DNA of 64,000 nucleotides from Minisyncoccota bacterium (GCA_036517115.1 DATDYB010000023.1:2839-66838); one strand, 5' to 3'; shown: positions 25,701 to 34,988, counted from the first letter of the stretch. Numbers and translations: made by a program. The notes: generated by a model from the letters alone, not told the origin.

Positions 25701-28700
25701 CTCATTTCCTAGGGGCGCACAGCAAAGAGTGTACGCTGTATTAGATGTTCCTCCGGGTGCCTATACTCTACGTATCTGTGTGGATTCGGCCAACAGTATT
25801 CCTGAAACTAACGACAGCGACAATTGCTCGGGAGGGACGGCGATCGTTGTCTCCACTCCCTCGGCTCCACCGACCGTTCAGTCTTGTTTTGCCTCATTCG
25901 TCAACACTAATACCGCTGAATCGAATCGTGACGTTCGAACAAGTGGAAACGTCGGGATATCAGGAAATTGTTCCACTGATTACTTCCAAGGGATGACGGT
26001 CACGGGTACAGCTTATGCATCTGATCTAGGGGCTGGAGTTCCCGTACTCGATCTTTATGGCTGGTTTGGATGGAGAGATTTTGGTACGGATCCAACTAAC
26101 GGCGGCAACGGCGTATGGAGAGATACGGGGCCAGTGAGTACTAGTGCACAGTATTCTGTTCGAGAGGCAAATGGAGCATGTCAAAACAGCAGTGGCTGGC
26201 CAAGTGGGGATGGTATCGGATTCGGTCCGATTAACGTGTCTGCGGGATACAGCAACTCTTTTACGTACGCTTCGTACCTCGGATGTCTTCAAAATGATCC
26301 TTGGCAAAGAACACATGTTAATTTCGGGACCTACGGTGTTCCTTGGGGGATCTATAATTACGGAGTAACTAACACTTTCAGTGGTACATACTATTGTTAT
26401 GTGCATCTGAACTCTGTATACGATGTTCCAAGTGATACTTTTAAAACACCAGTTTTAATGCGGGGAGATCCGAAAAGCTTTAACCTCTCAACCCGCGCTG
26501 AAAGCTGCTACAGTATTCCTCGGGGTGCGCTTGATGACGATTATTATCAGGAATCATGCGGAAATAGTAAGTATACTGATTCTGTTACATTTAGCTGTCC
26601 GGGATATACCGCAACTCCTGTGCAGAGCACATCTAATCCTTTACCACTTCCGAATACTCCTATCCTCAAACGACATACCTTGAATGTTAAAAGTACTTTC
26701 GGTACCGAATCAAGTCAGGGTGTGTTCATTACTCAGGTGGGCAGTGCGTACGCATTGAAGACAGATGGAACTCTTACTTCCTCTGTGGTAGTGCCGATGG
26801 AAGGAGGGAATTTTGGAGGGACTACCGACTACTCTAAGACCACTGAGCGTAACTTTAGAGTTACTCTCAAGGCACCCTTCACACACCCTTCAAGAGGAGG
26901 TTCGTTTATCGCGTGGAGTGGATGTGATTCACTTGCCACATCGGGCGACGCCCCTGCAGGAGTTAGTAATAATCAATGTACGATCGATTTTAAATATTCT
27001 AATTCAGGCGGTATTTCGAGAACCATAACAGCAAACTATTTTGTTGCAGTTCCTGCTCAGCCGATCATAAGTGTAGGACCAGGGTCGTGCGGGGCGAATG
27101 TAAATATTTCATGGAGCGCAGCCGCAGGGGCAACAACCTACAAATTGCACCGTTCAACGAATGGGTTGGGTGGTCCATTTAATCAACTTCCGATTGGTAT
27201 CCCTACTACGGTAACAAGTGTGTACCCAGATTCAAAGCTTAATGCCACCACTCCGCTTTCACCAAATACGGAGTATTGGTACCAGTTGGAGGCGGTGAAT
27301 ACGGGAGGTAGCTCGTTCTCGCCGATCACTTCAGGGCTGTCTTCCAAGAACTGTTTCGACTTCGGCCTCACCAACGGAGGCAACAAGACGACAGTAGCGG
27401 GAACAAATCCTGTAGACAACACACTCACCGCTTCACTTACACCTGAAGCAGTTGGCGCAACAACACAAGTCGTTAACCTCACCATGGGGTCACTACCAGC
27501 TGGAGTAACTCACGTATTCCTTAAGGGCGGTGTGGCTGTAACTTCGATCACTCCGAACGACACCATTACCGTCAGGCTCAATACGACGCTCGGCACCACG
27601 CTTCCGAATACCTACGCCATCACCATTACAGGTACCAGTCCAAATCCAAAAATCCCAGGTCAGAATCTTACAAGACAGACGACATATAACCTCATTGTTA
27701 CCAACCCAAGTAACATGCAGCTTTCTGTTACTAAGTCAGGTACGGGAACCGGTACGGTAAAATCGAGCGAAGCAACACCGAAAATTAATTGTGGTAGCAC
27801 CTGCTCGGCTCTCTACACATATAGCGACCAGGTGACACTTATACCTACCCCTGATGCAGGCTCAGCATTTAAACAATGGACAGGTGCGTGCAGTTGGACG
27901 GGGAGTTGCATAGTCAACATGAACGGAAACAAAGCGGTTGACGCAGAGTTTACTAAGCAGATCGCGTCTGTTGATCTTAAGGCGGAAACATCTGACGGAC
28001 CGATAATTGTCGACTATGATTTCAATCCTAAACTTACCTGGTCGTCGACGTTTGTAAACGCAAACAGCTGTAACATCACGATAGATCGGCAATCCAACAA
28101 CTTTCCAAAAAATGGCCAGCCGGCGTCGATGACAGCGCCCGGTATTTCGACCGAAGCATTGAGGCAAGATGTCACCTTTACCGTAACTTGTACGAAAAAT
28201 ACTGGCGCAGGAGGGGGAACGGGGACTACGGTCACTGACAGTGTGGTGGTTAAGGTAAAAGTAAGAACGGGTGATGTTACACCAGTTACTCGAGCTAATT
28301 CCTGCGGAGTGATTGACGTCACTTACCAGTCGGCTGGTAATGCTACGACATACACACTCCATCGGAACCCCGACGCGAGCGGTCTTAATCAATGGGGAAG
28401 GATTGCTGGCGGAGGAACTGAAGCTACCGGTGTAGCGTTCGGTGCACTTCCGGCCGTACATACCGGTCTCACTGCCGGAACCTTGTATCAGTACCAGCTT
28501 CAGGCGTTTAATAAAGTCAGTGATGCATCGTCGCCAATCAGGAGCGCGACTGCATCCGCAAACTGTTTTGATTACACTCTTTCAAACTCAGGCAATGTTG
28601 GCGTCGGTGTTACTGGAGCAGCCTCAGCTTCAGTTACAAAAACATTAGTCACTGCACCAACTCAAGCGGTAACATTGGCAGTGTCGAGTATTAAAAAACC

Positions 28701-31700
28701 AGATAACAGTATAGTGACCGGCTCAGGAAGTAGCCTCAGTACATCCGGTCTCACTATTGCGATCAGAGACAACAATCCTTCTAATCCTACCAGTACCAGC
28801 AACATTGATGTAACAACCAACAATGCGACCCTTGGGACGTATGTTGTTACCGTCGTTGGCTCGCCGCTCGGTAAGTCAACCTCTTTCAACGTAACAGTTT
28901 CTATTGGACAGCCAACCGTAACGCTAAACACTACGACTGCAGCTTGCGGAGCAAATATTAATCTTTCGTACGGAGGAGGGTCCGGCGCGAATTCATTTAC
29001 GTTGTATCGACAAATTGATAGCAATACCTCACCGTATCCGCAACGCGCTACTGCACCCACTCTCGCCGGTTTACCTACAATTGATAAAGCCTCTGACAGT
29101 TTGATCGCCGGAAGAACATACTGGTATCAGCTTAAGGCATCAAATGGAAGCTTCGATGCCTATTCGCCACGGGTGAGTGCGGTTGCAAGCGTGCCGTGTC
29201 CGACAATTGATTTGAAAATTAACGACAAAGACTCTGATACGGTTGCTGCTGGATCGAACGCCGCATTAAGCTGGCAATCGTTTAACGCGCCAACAGGAAG
29301 CACCTGTTTAGCTTCTTCTGTTCCAATAAGTACATTCAAGGGGGCGCGGGTGTTGACCTCGTCTTCACCGGAAAGTGTTGTGGTGGATGTCAATACGACG
29401 TATAAAATTGACTGTTTGGCACCAGGCGATTATCCTTTTTCTGACACGGCTGTTGTGACGGCCCCTGTTACTGTCACTTGTAGCGCTTTGCCGACTTCGG
29501 GTACCGCGGGAGTTACCGAAATTACGTGGACTGCCGTTCCAAAAGGTGGCACAGGAGCATACACCTATTCATGGTCAGGCACCGATAGCCTCACAGGAAC
29601 TGCAATTTCAGTAAAGAAAACATATGGGGCAACTAGTGCCGGCTCCAAAACAGCGAGTGTGAGTGTCAACGGATTGGCGGCGGCAAACTGCAGTACACCC
29701 GTGAATATTATCGCTCCTGTGGCAACAGCCGATATTAAAGCGGACGCTTCGGATGGACCGATTACAGTAAATTACGGAGCGACGCCGACTATTTCTTGGA
29801 GCAGCGAAGAAACCGCGACATGTTCAATTACGGCGAGTCCGGGTGTTACTGGGTTTCCTAAGAGCGGCACTTCATCCGCCGGAGTAACCTCAGGAGCACT
29901 TACGGCTGACACCACATTCAATATCTTATGTACTCCTGCTAATGGAGCAACTAATAATCCAACTAACAGTGTTGTTGTAAAAGTTCGACCGCAGGCGCCT
30001 GACCTTACCGCTCTACCAGCAGCCTGTGGAGGAAACATCAACCTTACGTATACGGAAAGCAACAATACGACAGGATACAAACTACACCGGAATCCATACT
30101 CAGGGAATGTAGGAACGTGGGGACAGATTGAAGGAGGGAATACAGGAATTTCAATCGCAACTCTACGAAACAACAGGGCTATCGATGTAAACCTTGCTCT
30201 CGGCGCCTCGTATCAGTATCAACTTGAAGCGGTCAATACGAATGGCAGCGCTAACTCTGCCATTAGATCGACAAACGCTTCGGAAAAATGTTTCGACTAC
30301 TCTCTTTCAAACGGAGGCAATATTTCGGTAACGGCCGGACAGTCGGTAACTAATCAGGTGACGAGGACACTTGCTCCTGGAGTGCCGGTGAGTGCTTCGC
30401 AAGATGTGACACTTTCAGTCGGATCATTGCCTAATGGCATGAATGCACCCGATGTTACCAATCCATCGTTTACAGCAAATCCTTTCAAGCCTACGAACAC
30501 TAGTACACTGACGCTCAATACGACGCTCGGTAAAACATGTCTACCGCCGCTAGTATCCTGTACTTATCTCGTTACCGTTACTGGGGTATCTGCAGGAATC
30601 ACTAACAAAACAACGACATTTAATCTTACTGTCAATAATCCTTCGTATCTGCTCACGCTTAATCGTTCGGGTAATGGGTCAGTATCCTCAAGTCCTGTTG
30701 GCGTCACCTGTAACACAGGATGTGCCACAACAAACGCTTCGTATCTTTACAATACCTCGGTGGTACTTACCGCTACTCCTGATTCTGGATGGGTCGTAGA
30801 CACAACCAACTGGACAGGGTGCGACTCGGTTACCAGTAATCAAGGGGGGCAAACCTTCTGTACCGTTAAAGTGACGGCGGCTAAGACTGTCGCGGTTCTT
30901 TTCACACAAGTTTCGGCAAACGTCAACCTCAAGGCCAGTGCTTCCGACGGTCCGATTACGCTCGCGTACGGCAGCGGAGCAAATCTTACCTGGACATCAA
31001 ACCATATAGTGGATAATACTTGCGGAATTACCGCAATTCCTTCGGCTACTGGTTTTCCTAAATCTTCATTGCCTCTTTCCCATTCAGGTACGAGTTATAC
31101 AACCGGTAATCTTACTGTCGATACTACATTTAGGATAACCTGTACTAAAATTACAGGAGCGGGAGGAACAGACACTGACACTGTGCTCGTAAAAGTTGGA
31201 CCTGAACCCGTCAGCTTCAACGCCGCAAAAGGCTCATGCGGAAGTACCATCGACCTTACGTCGTATAGCGGCGGAGCCGGAGCAACCGGCAATGCTGCCT
31301 ACACACTCTATCGACAGCTCGGAGACAATCCACCGTATCCATTTGTTGAAAGCAAAGCAGCACTTACTGGTGGAGGAGGGCTCCGTCCAGTAGACTCGGT
31401 CGGACTCACGAGTGGCTCCACCTACTTCTACCAGGTGATGTCAACTAAAGTTCACCTTGATACCACGAGTTCATACAGCTATTCTGCTAAAAAATCAGCG
31501 GTTGCATCGGAAAAATGTTTTGACTACTCTCTCAGTAATAACGGCAATGTCACAATTGCGGTAGGTGGTAGCAGTGCAACAGCGGTTACCAAGACGCTTG
31601 TTGCGGGTGCAACAGCGCCGGTAACACTTTCGGTGACGAGCATCACTGCTCCAGGAGGAACAGTGACAACCGGTTCGGGAGTTACGCTTGCGGGTTCGGG

Positions 31701-34700
31701 TCTTACGGTAACGGTCGCTAACAATAATCCTTCCAATCCAGCGACTAACCCTGCAACCAACCCTAGCACTGTCAATGTGACCTCAACTACCAACGCTTCG
31801 GTGGGGAACTACACTGTTGTTGTAACGGGCGCACCTCTCGGAAAAACAACTTCCTTTGCAGTCACGGTGAATGCCTCTGCCCCTACTATCTCATTTACTC
31901 CGACACCGTTTGCTTGCGGTGGAAATATCAATCTGTTCTATGGAGGAGGAAACGGAGCGGCACGATTCAGTCTTTTTAGAAAGATAGACAGCAATACTTC
32001 ACCATACGATCATGTAGAAACGGTAACATCGCGTTCGGCACTTCGAACTGTCGATGCGGGTTTGATTCCGGGTAGGACCTACTATTATCAGGTCCGGGCG
32101 TGGAACGGCACTAATACCACTAACGAGGCATATTCCGTGATTCCTACTAGTGCTGTTGCTTCAGAAAAATGCTTTGACTACAGCCTCTCAAACGGCGGCA
32201 ATGTTTCTGTTACTGCTGGCCAGTCGGTGACCAACACCGTGACCCGAACACTGGCTTCCGGAGTACCGGTAGGTGCTTCACAAGATGTGACACTTTCCGC
32301 GGTGTTGCCTGGAACCATGAATGCGCCGACTCCCACGTTCACACTTAACCCTTCGAAGCCAACGAGTACGAGCAACATAACCCTTTCAACAACGCTCGGT
32401 ACTACCTGTCCGCCGCCGACGGCATCATGCACCTACCTCATCACGGTAAACGGTTCGCCACTTAGTAAGAGCACAACATTCAACCTTACGGTTAACAACC
32501 CTTCCTATGCACTCACCATTACAACGTCTGGAACTGGTGAGGGATCGGTCACCACATCAGGCATCACACCAGCTATTAGTTGCAATCGTACTAATGGAAC
32601 TACAACCTCAGGCACCTGCACAGGCACATATCTTCACAACACTTTGGTAACACTTTCAGCATCACCGGACGAAGGATCAACCTTTGATGGTTGGACGGGG
32701 GCGTGCAATAACACGGCGACATCCTGTACTGTAACAATGAGTCAGGCAAAATACGTCGACGCTAAATTCAACCAACAAAACACCAACATCTCACTTACCG
32801 CTACTACGCCGGTTGCATATGGTTCGGCGAGCTCGCTTGCCTGGTCTACCAGCAACATGCAAAATAATAAGTGTGATCTTGATGCGACGTATAATGGCAC
32901 CAGTATCAGTGGATACCCTAGGAAAAATTTGGCGACGAGCGCAACCAACTACTCAAGCGGGGCACTTACACAAAATCCAGTCGTATTTGCTCTCACCTGT
33001 ACACGAGTCAAGGGAACAGCTGGGCCAAACACAGCCTCTGCAACAGTTGGTGTATTGCCTGCAGTGATGACGCCCGCTCCGGTAAGCGGAACATGTGGAG
33101 GCACCATCGCTCTCACATATTCGGGAGGAACTATTGCCACATCATACAAGCTGTATCGAGGAACAGCTGATCAAAGTCCGTACACACAACCTGCTAATCC
33201 TCCGTATACTCATATCAGAAACACGGCTCCGGGCGCGCCAGCGGACGGTAGCTTCACTACCTTGCCGGCTACCGATGCAGGGCTAACTCCTAATACTGTT
33301 TACTACTACCAGGTAGAAGCGATCAACACCGCAGGCTCATCATGGTCAGCACGACCAAGAAGCGCGACCGCATCGGACAACTGTTTCAATTATTCCTTGG
33401 GCACTACCGGCAACGTTACCTTGGCAGTAGGAAGTGGAGGCTCCACTTCGATTACTAAAACACTTATTGCGGGAGCGACTGCGCCTGTGACACTCTCGGT
33501 AACGAGCATCACGGCACCAGGGGGGACAGTGACGAGCGGCACTACCAACACGCTTACTGGTTCTGGCATGACGGTGACAATTTCCACAACCGGTAACAAC
33601 AATCCAGGAAGTCCGACTAATCCCGCAAGCAATCCAAGTACTGCAACCATCACGTCAACGACCGCTGCACAGGTGGGTATATACACCATTGTGGTGGGTG
33701 GTGCTCCTCTCGGGAAGACTACCTCGTTTACCGTTGATGTTGGTGTTGCACAACCCGTTGTTGATGCGGTAACCACGACAGGTGCCAACGCTTGCGGCGG
33801 AAAGATTACACTTTCATACACCGGTGGTGAAGGCGCGACACTCTACCAGCTATATCGTCGAATTAACGATGATGGTACTCCGTATCAACTTATCCAGAGT
33901 GCAGCATCACTCTCGGCACTTCGGACTACCGACACAGAATTGGAATACGAAAAAAGATACTACTACCAAGTTCTCGCTTCGAATGGCACTAAAGAATCAT
34001 ATTCAGCACGACCAAAGAGTGCGCTCTCAACAGGCGAGTGTCCGCCGATCGTGAATCTTGAAATCGAGCAGGCTGACGGTAGTTATTCAGGTAATACTAC
34101 TTCTGTGGTACATGGACAAAGCCGAATGCTCCGCTGGACAACTACTAATGCATCAACCTGTGTCGCTGCGACCATTCCTAACGTGCCTTCTGGCAGTGTG
34201 TGGGGCACAAACATATCAATTCTATTACCGACAGGGAATCACACCACAGGCCCTATAACTGGAGTAGACGACGATAGCCAGCCTCCTGTTCGTGAAAAGG
34301 TGTTTAGACTTACCTGTCAGAATTCCGGTGGACTCGCGACCGAGGTCTATGACTCGGTAACAGTTACTATCACTAATATTCCAACACCCGACTTCTCCAT
34401 CGTTGCCAGTCCACTAACAGGTGTTATGAATATGTATGGGCCGAAGGGGATATCAAGTGAGTTCATTATCACCGTAGAAGGACAAAATAATTTCACTCGA
34501 GACGTCGTGCTCGACCTTGAGCTTAGAACACCAAGTGACCAAAAAGAAAATAATGTGTCGTTTACGTTGGCTCCAGGGGACGAGAGACTAGTCTTCTCTG
34601 AATACTCGACTGGTGTCGGAATCAAAGTTAATGCCAGTAATGGGCTTGCTGGAGGTAAATACAACCTCATTGTTACCCCGCTGTCGGATTGCAACGCGCA

Positions 34701-34806
34701 AGGACAGGGTTGTAAGAAATATGATGGAACGGGTGGTAGAGAGGATAAGACGTTAAGTCTCCCAATCCAAGTAACCAACGTCAATCCAACCTTTAAAGAA
34801 ATTTGA
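22774..34806 (+). CDS. giant secreted modular surface protein (4010 aa): TSP1-like, InlB-B-repeat-like, CARDB-like, FN3-like, Ig-like and PKD-like modules
   Basis: A single uninterrupted ORF. The signal peptide is ...RLCVYIVAVLSLFSFFFASNAVEA/YVP (alternative start ATG at 22807). It has a strongly repetitive module structure. Confidence 0.85.
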   Translation: MIYHRETITGSMGKKVRIERLCVYIVAVLSLFSFFFASNAVEAYVPGDTITHGTSHSYNNSTYSIYGSYYVGVAIHKNGSVCDQQYGNVYGSNANPPGPASISASCSQVAGPVGTTYTFKNFLLFNGSWSSTGETTYTVVAPTCTTFTYSGWGACQSDNTQTRTVTGSSPAGCTGGSPVTSQSCTFSAPACNYTYSNWGACQPNGTQTRTVNSTSPSGCAGTPATSQSCTYVAAVASAGLSLATPSSMPVPYNSAATLAVSSQNASNCNLSGGGQTWSNVTGNVGAGNVGVGNLTTDTAFSVNCTPNANTTGTPSNSLTVTVAAQVINYTISSAAGTGGTRSCTGCGTVSSGSQVSVTASPNTNYQFSSWSWSGTNNPCSSAGSTCTWNAAQSGTLTANFTAVPSFGTPSFSSVCNNQVTPNDCSTPIIDGSTVTYSGSVTNSGGAAGTWNGTVEVRDGNSGTVYTNWISGVSATVAANTTATLSGTHSNDATFGAGPWQFRFCQSGGSCSPWSGNYYFTKGYSISTTASPSAGGSIACSVGGTTVPCSNTFQSGTEVALTASTAANYQFSNWSGDCSGSSCLLTMNGNRSVTANFSSFNYRIDPPAAQTITQGKTIYVYVPTTLTGGNTEGVTLTLSNLQNGVSYTVDPVGALNPSVTRVFAITAAGNATVETRTVTITGSPLGRTTTFSLSVLAPTVSATLTARNAAGTAVTAAQTGETLNFTTSVLGTAGGTATYSGHTCGSGANLFNVSDGSFSCTYTSASNKTASITVTKQGVSATATKVISVTAPPNTLIIQSVVIDGAVITPTTGASMEMYDGTYNGIYPTEKTFTSTTGTITNTIQAPSKLNGNSFLSWSGCDSTRSRQRCDVTVANGATKTINAQYVTASYYRPNFTVSGVVVNGDKYKGTSTYVDYTINDHNVTIVGTITNSGSTEAPDQAAYVSFEYSTNGGASYTAMGAAYPAIKEQGGSTIPASFPRGAQQRVYAVLDVPPGAYTLRICVDSANSIPETNDSDNCSGGTAIVVSTPSAPPTVQSCFASFVNTNTAESNRDVRTSGNVGISGNCSTDYFQGMTVTGTAYASDLGAGVPVLDLYGWFGWRDFGTDPTNGGNGVWRDTGPVSTSAQYSVREANGACQNSSGWPSGDGIGFGPINVSAGYSNSFTYASYLGCLQNDPWQRTHVNFGTYGVPWGIYNYGVTNTFSGTYYCYVHLNSVYDVPSDTFKTPVLMRGDPKSFNLSTRAESCYSIPRGALDDDYYQESCGNSKYTDSVTFSCPGYTATPVQSTSNPLPLPNTPILKRHTLNVKSTFGTESSQGVFITQVGSAYALKTDGTLTSSVVVPMEGGNFGGTTDYSKTTERNFRVTLKAPFTHPSRGGSFIAWSGCDSLATSGDAPAGVSNNQCTIDFKYSNSGGISRTITANYFVAVPAQPIISVGPGSCGANVNISWSAAAGATTYKLHRSTNGLGGPFNQLPIGIPTTVTSVYPDSKLNATTPLSPNTEYWYQLEAVNTGGSSFSPITSGLSSKNCFDFGLTNGGNKTTVAGTNPVDNTLTASLTPEAVGATTQVVNLTMGSLPAGVTHVFLKGGVAVTSITPNDTITVRLNTTLGTTLPNTYAITITGTSPNPKIPGQNLTRQTTYNLIVTNPSNMQLSVTKSGTGTGTVKSSEATPKINCGSTCSALYTYSDQVTLIPTPDAGSAFKQWTGACSWTGSCIVNMNGNKAVDAEFTKQIASVDLKAETSDGPIIVDYDFNPKLTWSSTFVNANSCNITIDRQSNNFPKNGQPASMTAPGISTEALRQDVTFTVTCTKNTGAGGGTGTTVTDSVVVKVKVRTGDVTPVTRANSCGVIDVTYQSAGNATTYTLHRNPDASGLNQWGRIAGGGTEATGVAFGALPAVHTGLTAGTLYQYQLQAFNKVSDASSPIRSATASANCFDYTLSNSGNVGVGVTGAASASVTKTLVTAPTQAVTLAVSSIKKPDNSIVTGSGSSLSTSGLTIAIRDNNPSNPTSTSNIDVTTNNATLGTYVVTVVGSPLGKSTSFNVTVSIGQPTVTLNTTTAACGANINLSYGGGSGANSFTLYRQIDSNTSPYPQRATAPTLAGLPTIDKASDSLIAGRTYWYQLKASNGSFDAYSPRVSAVASVPCPTIDLKINDKDSDTVAAGSNAALSWQSFNAPTGSTCLASSVPISTFKGARVLTSSSPESVVVDVNTTYKIDCLAPGDYPFSDTAVVTAPVTVTCSALPTSGTAGVTEITWTAVPKGGTGAYTYSWSGTDSLTGTAISVKKTYGATSAGSKTASVSVNGLAAANCSTPVNIIAPVATADIKADASDGPITVNYGATPTISWSSEETATCSITASPGVTGFPKSGTSSAGVTSGALTADTTFNILCTPANGATNNPTNSVVVKVRPQAPDLTALPAACGGNINLTYTESNNTTGYKLHRNPYSGNVGTWGQIEGGNTGISIATLRNNRAIDVNLALGASYQYQLEAVNTNGSANSAIRSTNASEKCFDYSLSNGGNISVTAGQSVTNQVTRTLAPGVPVSASQDVTLSVGSLPNGMNAPDVTNPSFTANPFKPTNTSTLTLNTTLGKTCLPPLVSCTYLVTVTGVSAGITNKTTTFNLTVNNPSYLLTLNRSGNGSVSSSPVGVTCNTGCATTNASYLYNTSVVLTATPDSGWVVDTTNWTGCDSVTSNQGGQTFCTVKVTAAKTVAVLFTQVSANVNLKASASDGPITLAYGSGANLTWTSNHIVDNTCGITAIPSATGFPKSSLPLSHSGTSYTTGNLTVDTTFRITCTKITGAGGTDTDTVLVKVGPEPVSFNAAKGSCGSTIDLTSYSGGAGATGNAAYTLYRQLGDNPPYPFVESKAALTGGGGLRPVDSVGLTSGSTYFYQVMSTKVHLDTTSSYSYSAKKSAVASEKCFDYSLSNNGNVTIAVGGSSATAVTKTLVAGATAPVTLSVTSITAPGGTVTTGSGVTLAGSGLTVTVANNNPSNPATNPATNPSTVNVTSTTNASVGNYTVVVTGAPLGKTTSFAVTVNASAPTISFTPTPFACGGNINLFYGGGNGAARFSLFRKIDSNTSPYDHVETVTSRSALRTVDAGLIPGRTYYYQVRAWNGTNTTNEAYSVIPTSAVASEKCFDYSLSNGGNVSVTAGQSVTNTVTRTLASGVPVGASQDVTLSAVLPGTMNAPTPTFTLNPSKPTSTSNITLSTTLGTTCPPPTASCTYLITVNGSPLSKSTTFNLTVNNPSYALTITTSGTGEGSVTTSGITPAISCNRTNGTTTSGTCTGTYLHNTLVTLSASPDEGSTFDGWTGACNNTATSCTVTMSQAKYVDAKFNQQNTNISLTATTPVAYGSASSLAWSTSNMQNNKCDLDATYNGTSISGYPRKNLATSATNYSSGALTQNPVVFALTCTRVKGTAGPNTASATVGVLPAVMTPAPVSGTCGGTIALTYSGGTIATSYKLYRGTADQSPYTQPANPPYTHIRNTAPGAPADGSFTTLPATDAGLTPNTVYYYQVEAINTAGSSWSARPRSATASDNCFNYSLGTTGNVTLAVGSGGSTSITKTLIAGATAPVTLSVTSITAPGGTVTSGTTNTLTGSGMTVTISTTGNNNPGSPTNPASNPSTATITSTTAAQVGIYTIVVGGAPLGKTTSFTVDVGVAQPVVDAVTTTGANACGGKITLSYTGGEGATLYQLYRRINDDGTPYQLIQSAASLSALRTTDTELEYEKRYYYQVLASNGTKESYSARPKSALSTGECPPIVNLEIEQADGSYSGNTTSVVHGQSRMLRWTTTNASTCVAATIPNVPSGSVWGTNISILLPTGNHTTGPITGVDDDSQPPVREKVFRLTCQNSGGLATEVYDSVTVTITNIPTPDFSIVASPLTGVMNMYGPKGISSEFIITVEGQNNFTRDVVLDLELRTPSDQKENNVSFTLAPGDERLVFSEYSTGVGIKVNASNGLAGGKYNLIVTPLSDCNAQGQGCKKYDGTGGREDKTLSLPIQVTNVNPTFKEI
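27060..28900 (+). repeat. intragenic super-module unit 1 (about 1.85 kb; boundaries approximate)
   Basis: The order is FN3-like (CGANVNISW), CFDF module (Cys codon 27352), InlB-B-like, Ig-like, FN3-like, CFDY module (Cys codon 28564). Confidence 0.6.
29990..31875 (+). repeat. intragenic super-module unit 2
   Basis: Same module order, with Cys codons at 30289 and 31516. DNA similarity to unit 3 is visible by eye. Confidence 0.6.
31880..33745 (+). repeat. intragenic super-module unit 3
   Basis: Same module order, with Cys codons at 32170 and 33382. Confidence 0.6.
34780..34803 (+). other. C-terminal tail VNPTFKEI-stop (shared tail motif, copy 3)
   Basis: The last 8 codons of the 4010-aa protein. 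Confidence 0.7.
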
Positions 34807-34960
34807 TTTTCGTTCCAACCGAAAATCATGTCGAAAGATTTTTTCAGCAACGCTGAAAAAATTTTCGACTATTTTTGCCCACCGTAAAGCGCCGCTAAAA
34901 ACATGAACTTCGTTCAGTTCTCTAGCGACCAGCAAAAAAGCCCTAATCAAGGGCTTTTTT
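34803..34960 (+). repeat. about 158-nt intergenic unit, copy A (paralog of 59338-59494): conserved 5-prime hairpins plus terminal intrinsic terminator
   Basis: ttgattttcgttccaaccgaaaatcatgtcgaaagatttt... is near-identical to the start of copy B. It ends with gccct-aatca-agggc followed by tttttt (34940-34960). Confidence 0.6.
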
Positions 34961-34988
34961 GACAGCCAGCAACCTTTTGTTGTGTACT

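Noticed and set aside
11506-34806. Dozens of 60-200-aa ORFs in other frames or strands inside the giant genes (for example 18195-18593, 27862-28461, 28662-29060, 33390-33821).
   Set aside because: All are nested in the three long uninterrupted ORFs. They reflect the Thr/Ser/Gly/Val-rich codon composition, and none has independent signals.
19621-34806. A diversity-generating retroelement acting on the surface proteins.
   Set aside because: There is no reverse transcriptase in the window and no template/variable repeat pair differing mainly at adenines. The repeats are ordinary diverged module duplications.
34828-34887. A small ORF MSKDFFSNAEKIFDYFCPP inside repeat unit A.
   Set aside because: The paralogous unit B keeps the ATG but stops after 6 codons (MSQDFP). 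The conservation is therefore at the nucleotide or structure level, not the coding level.
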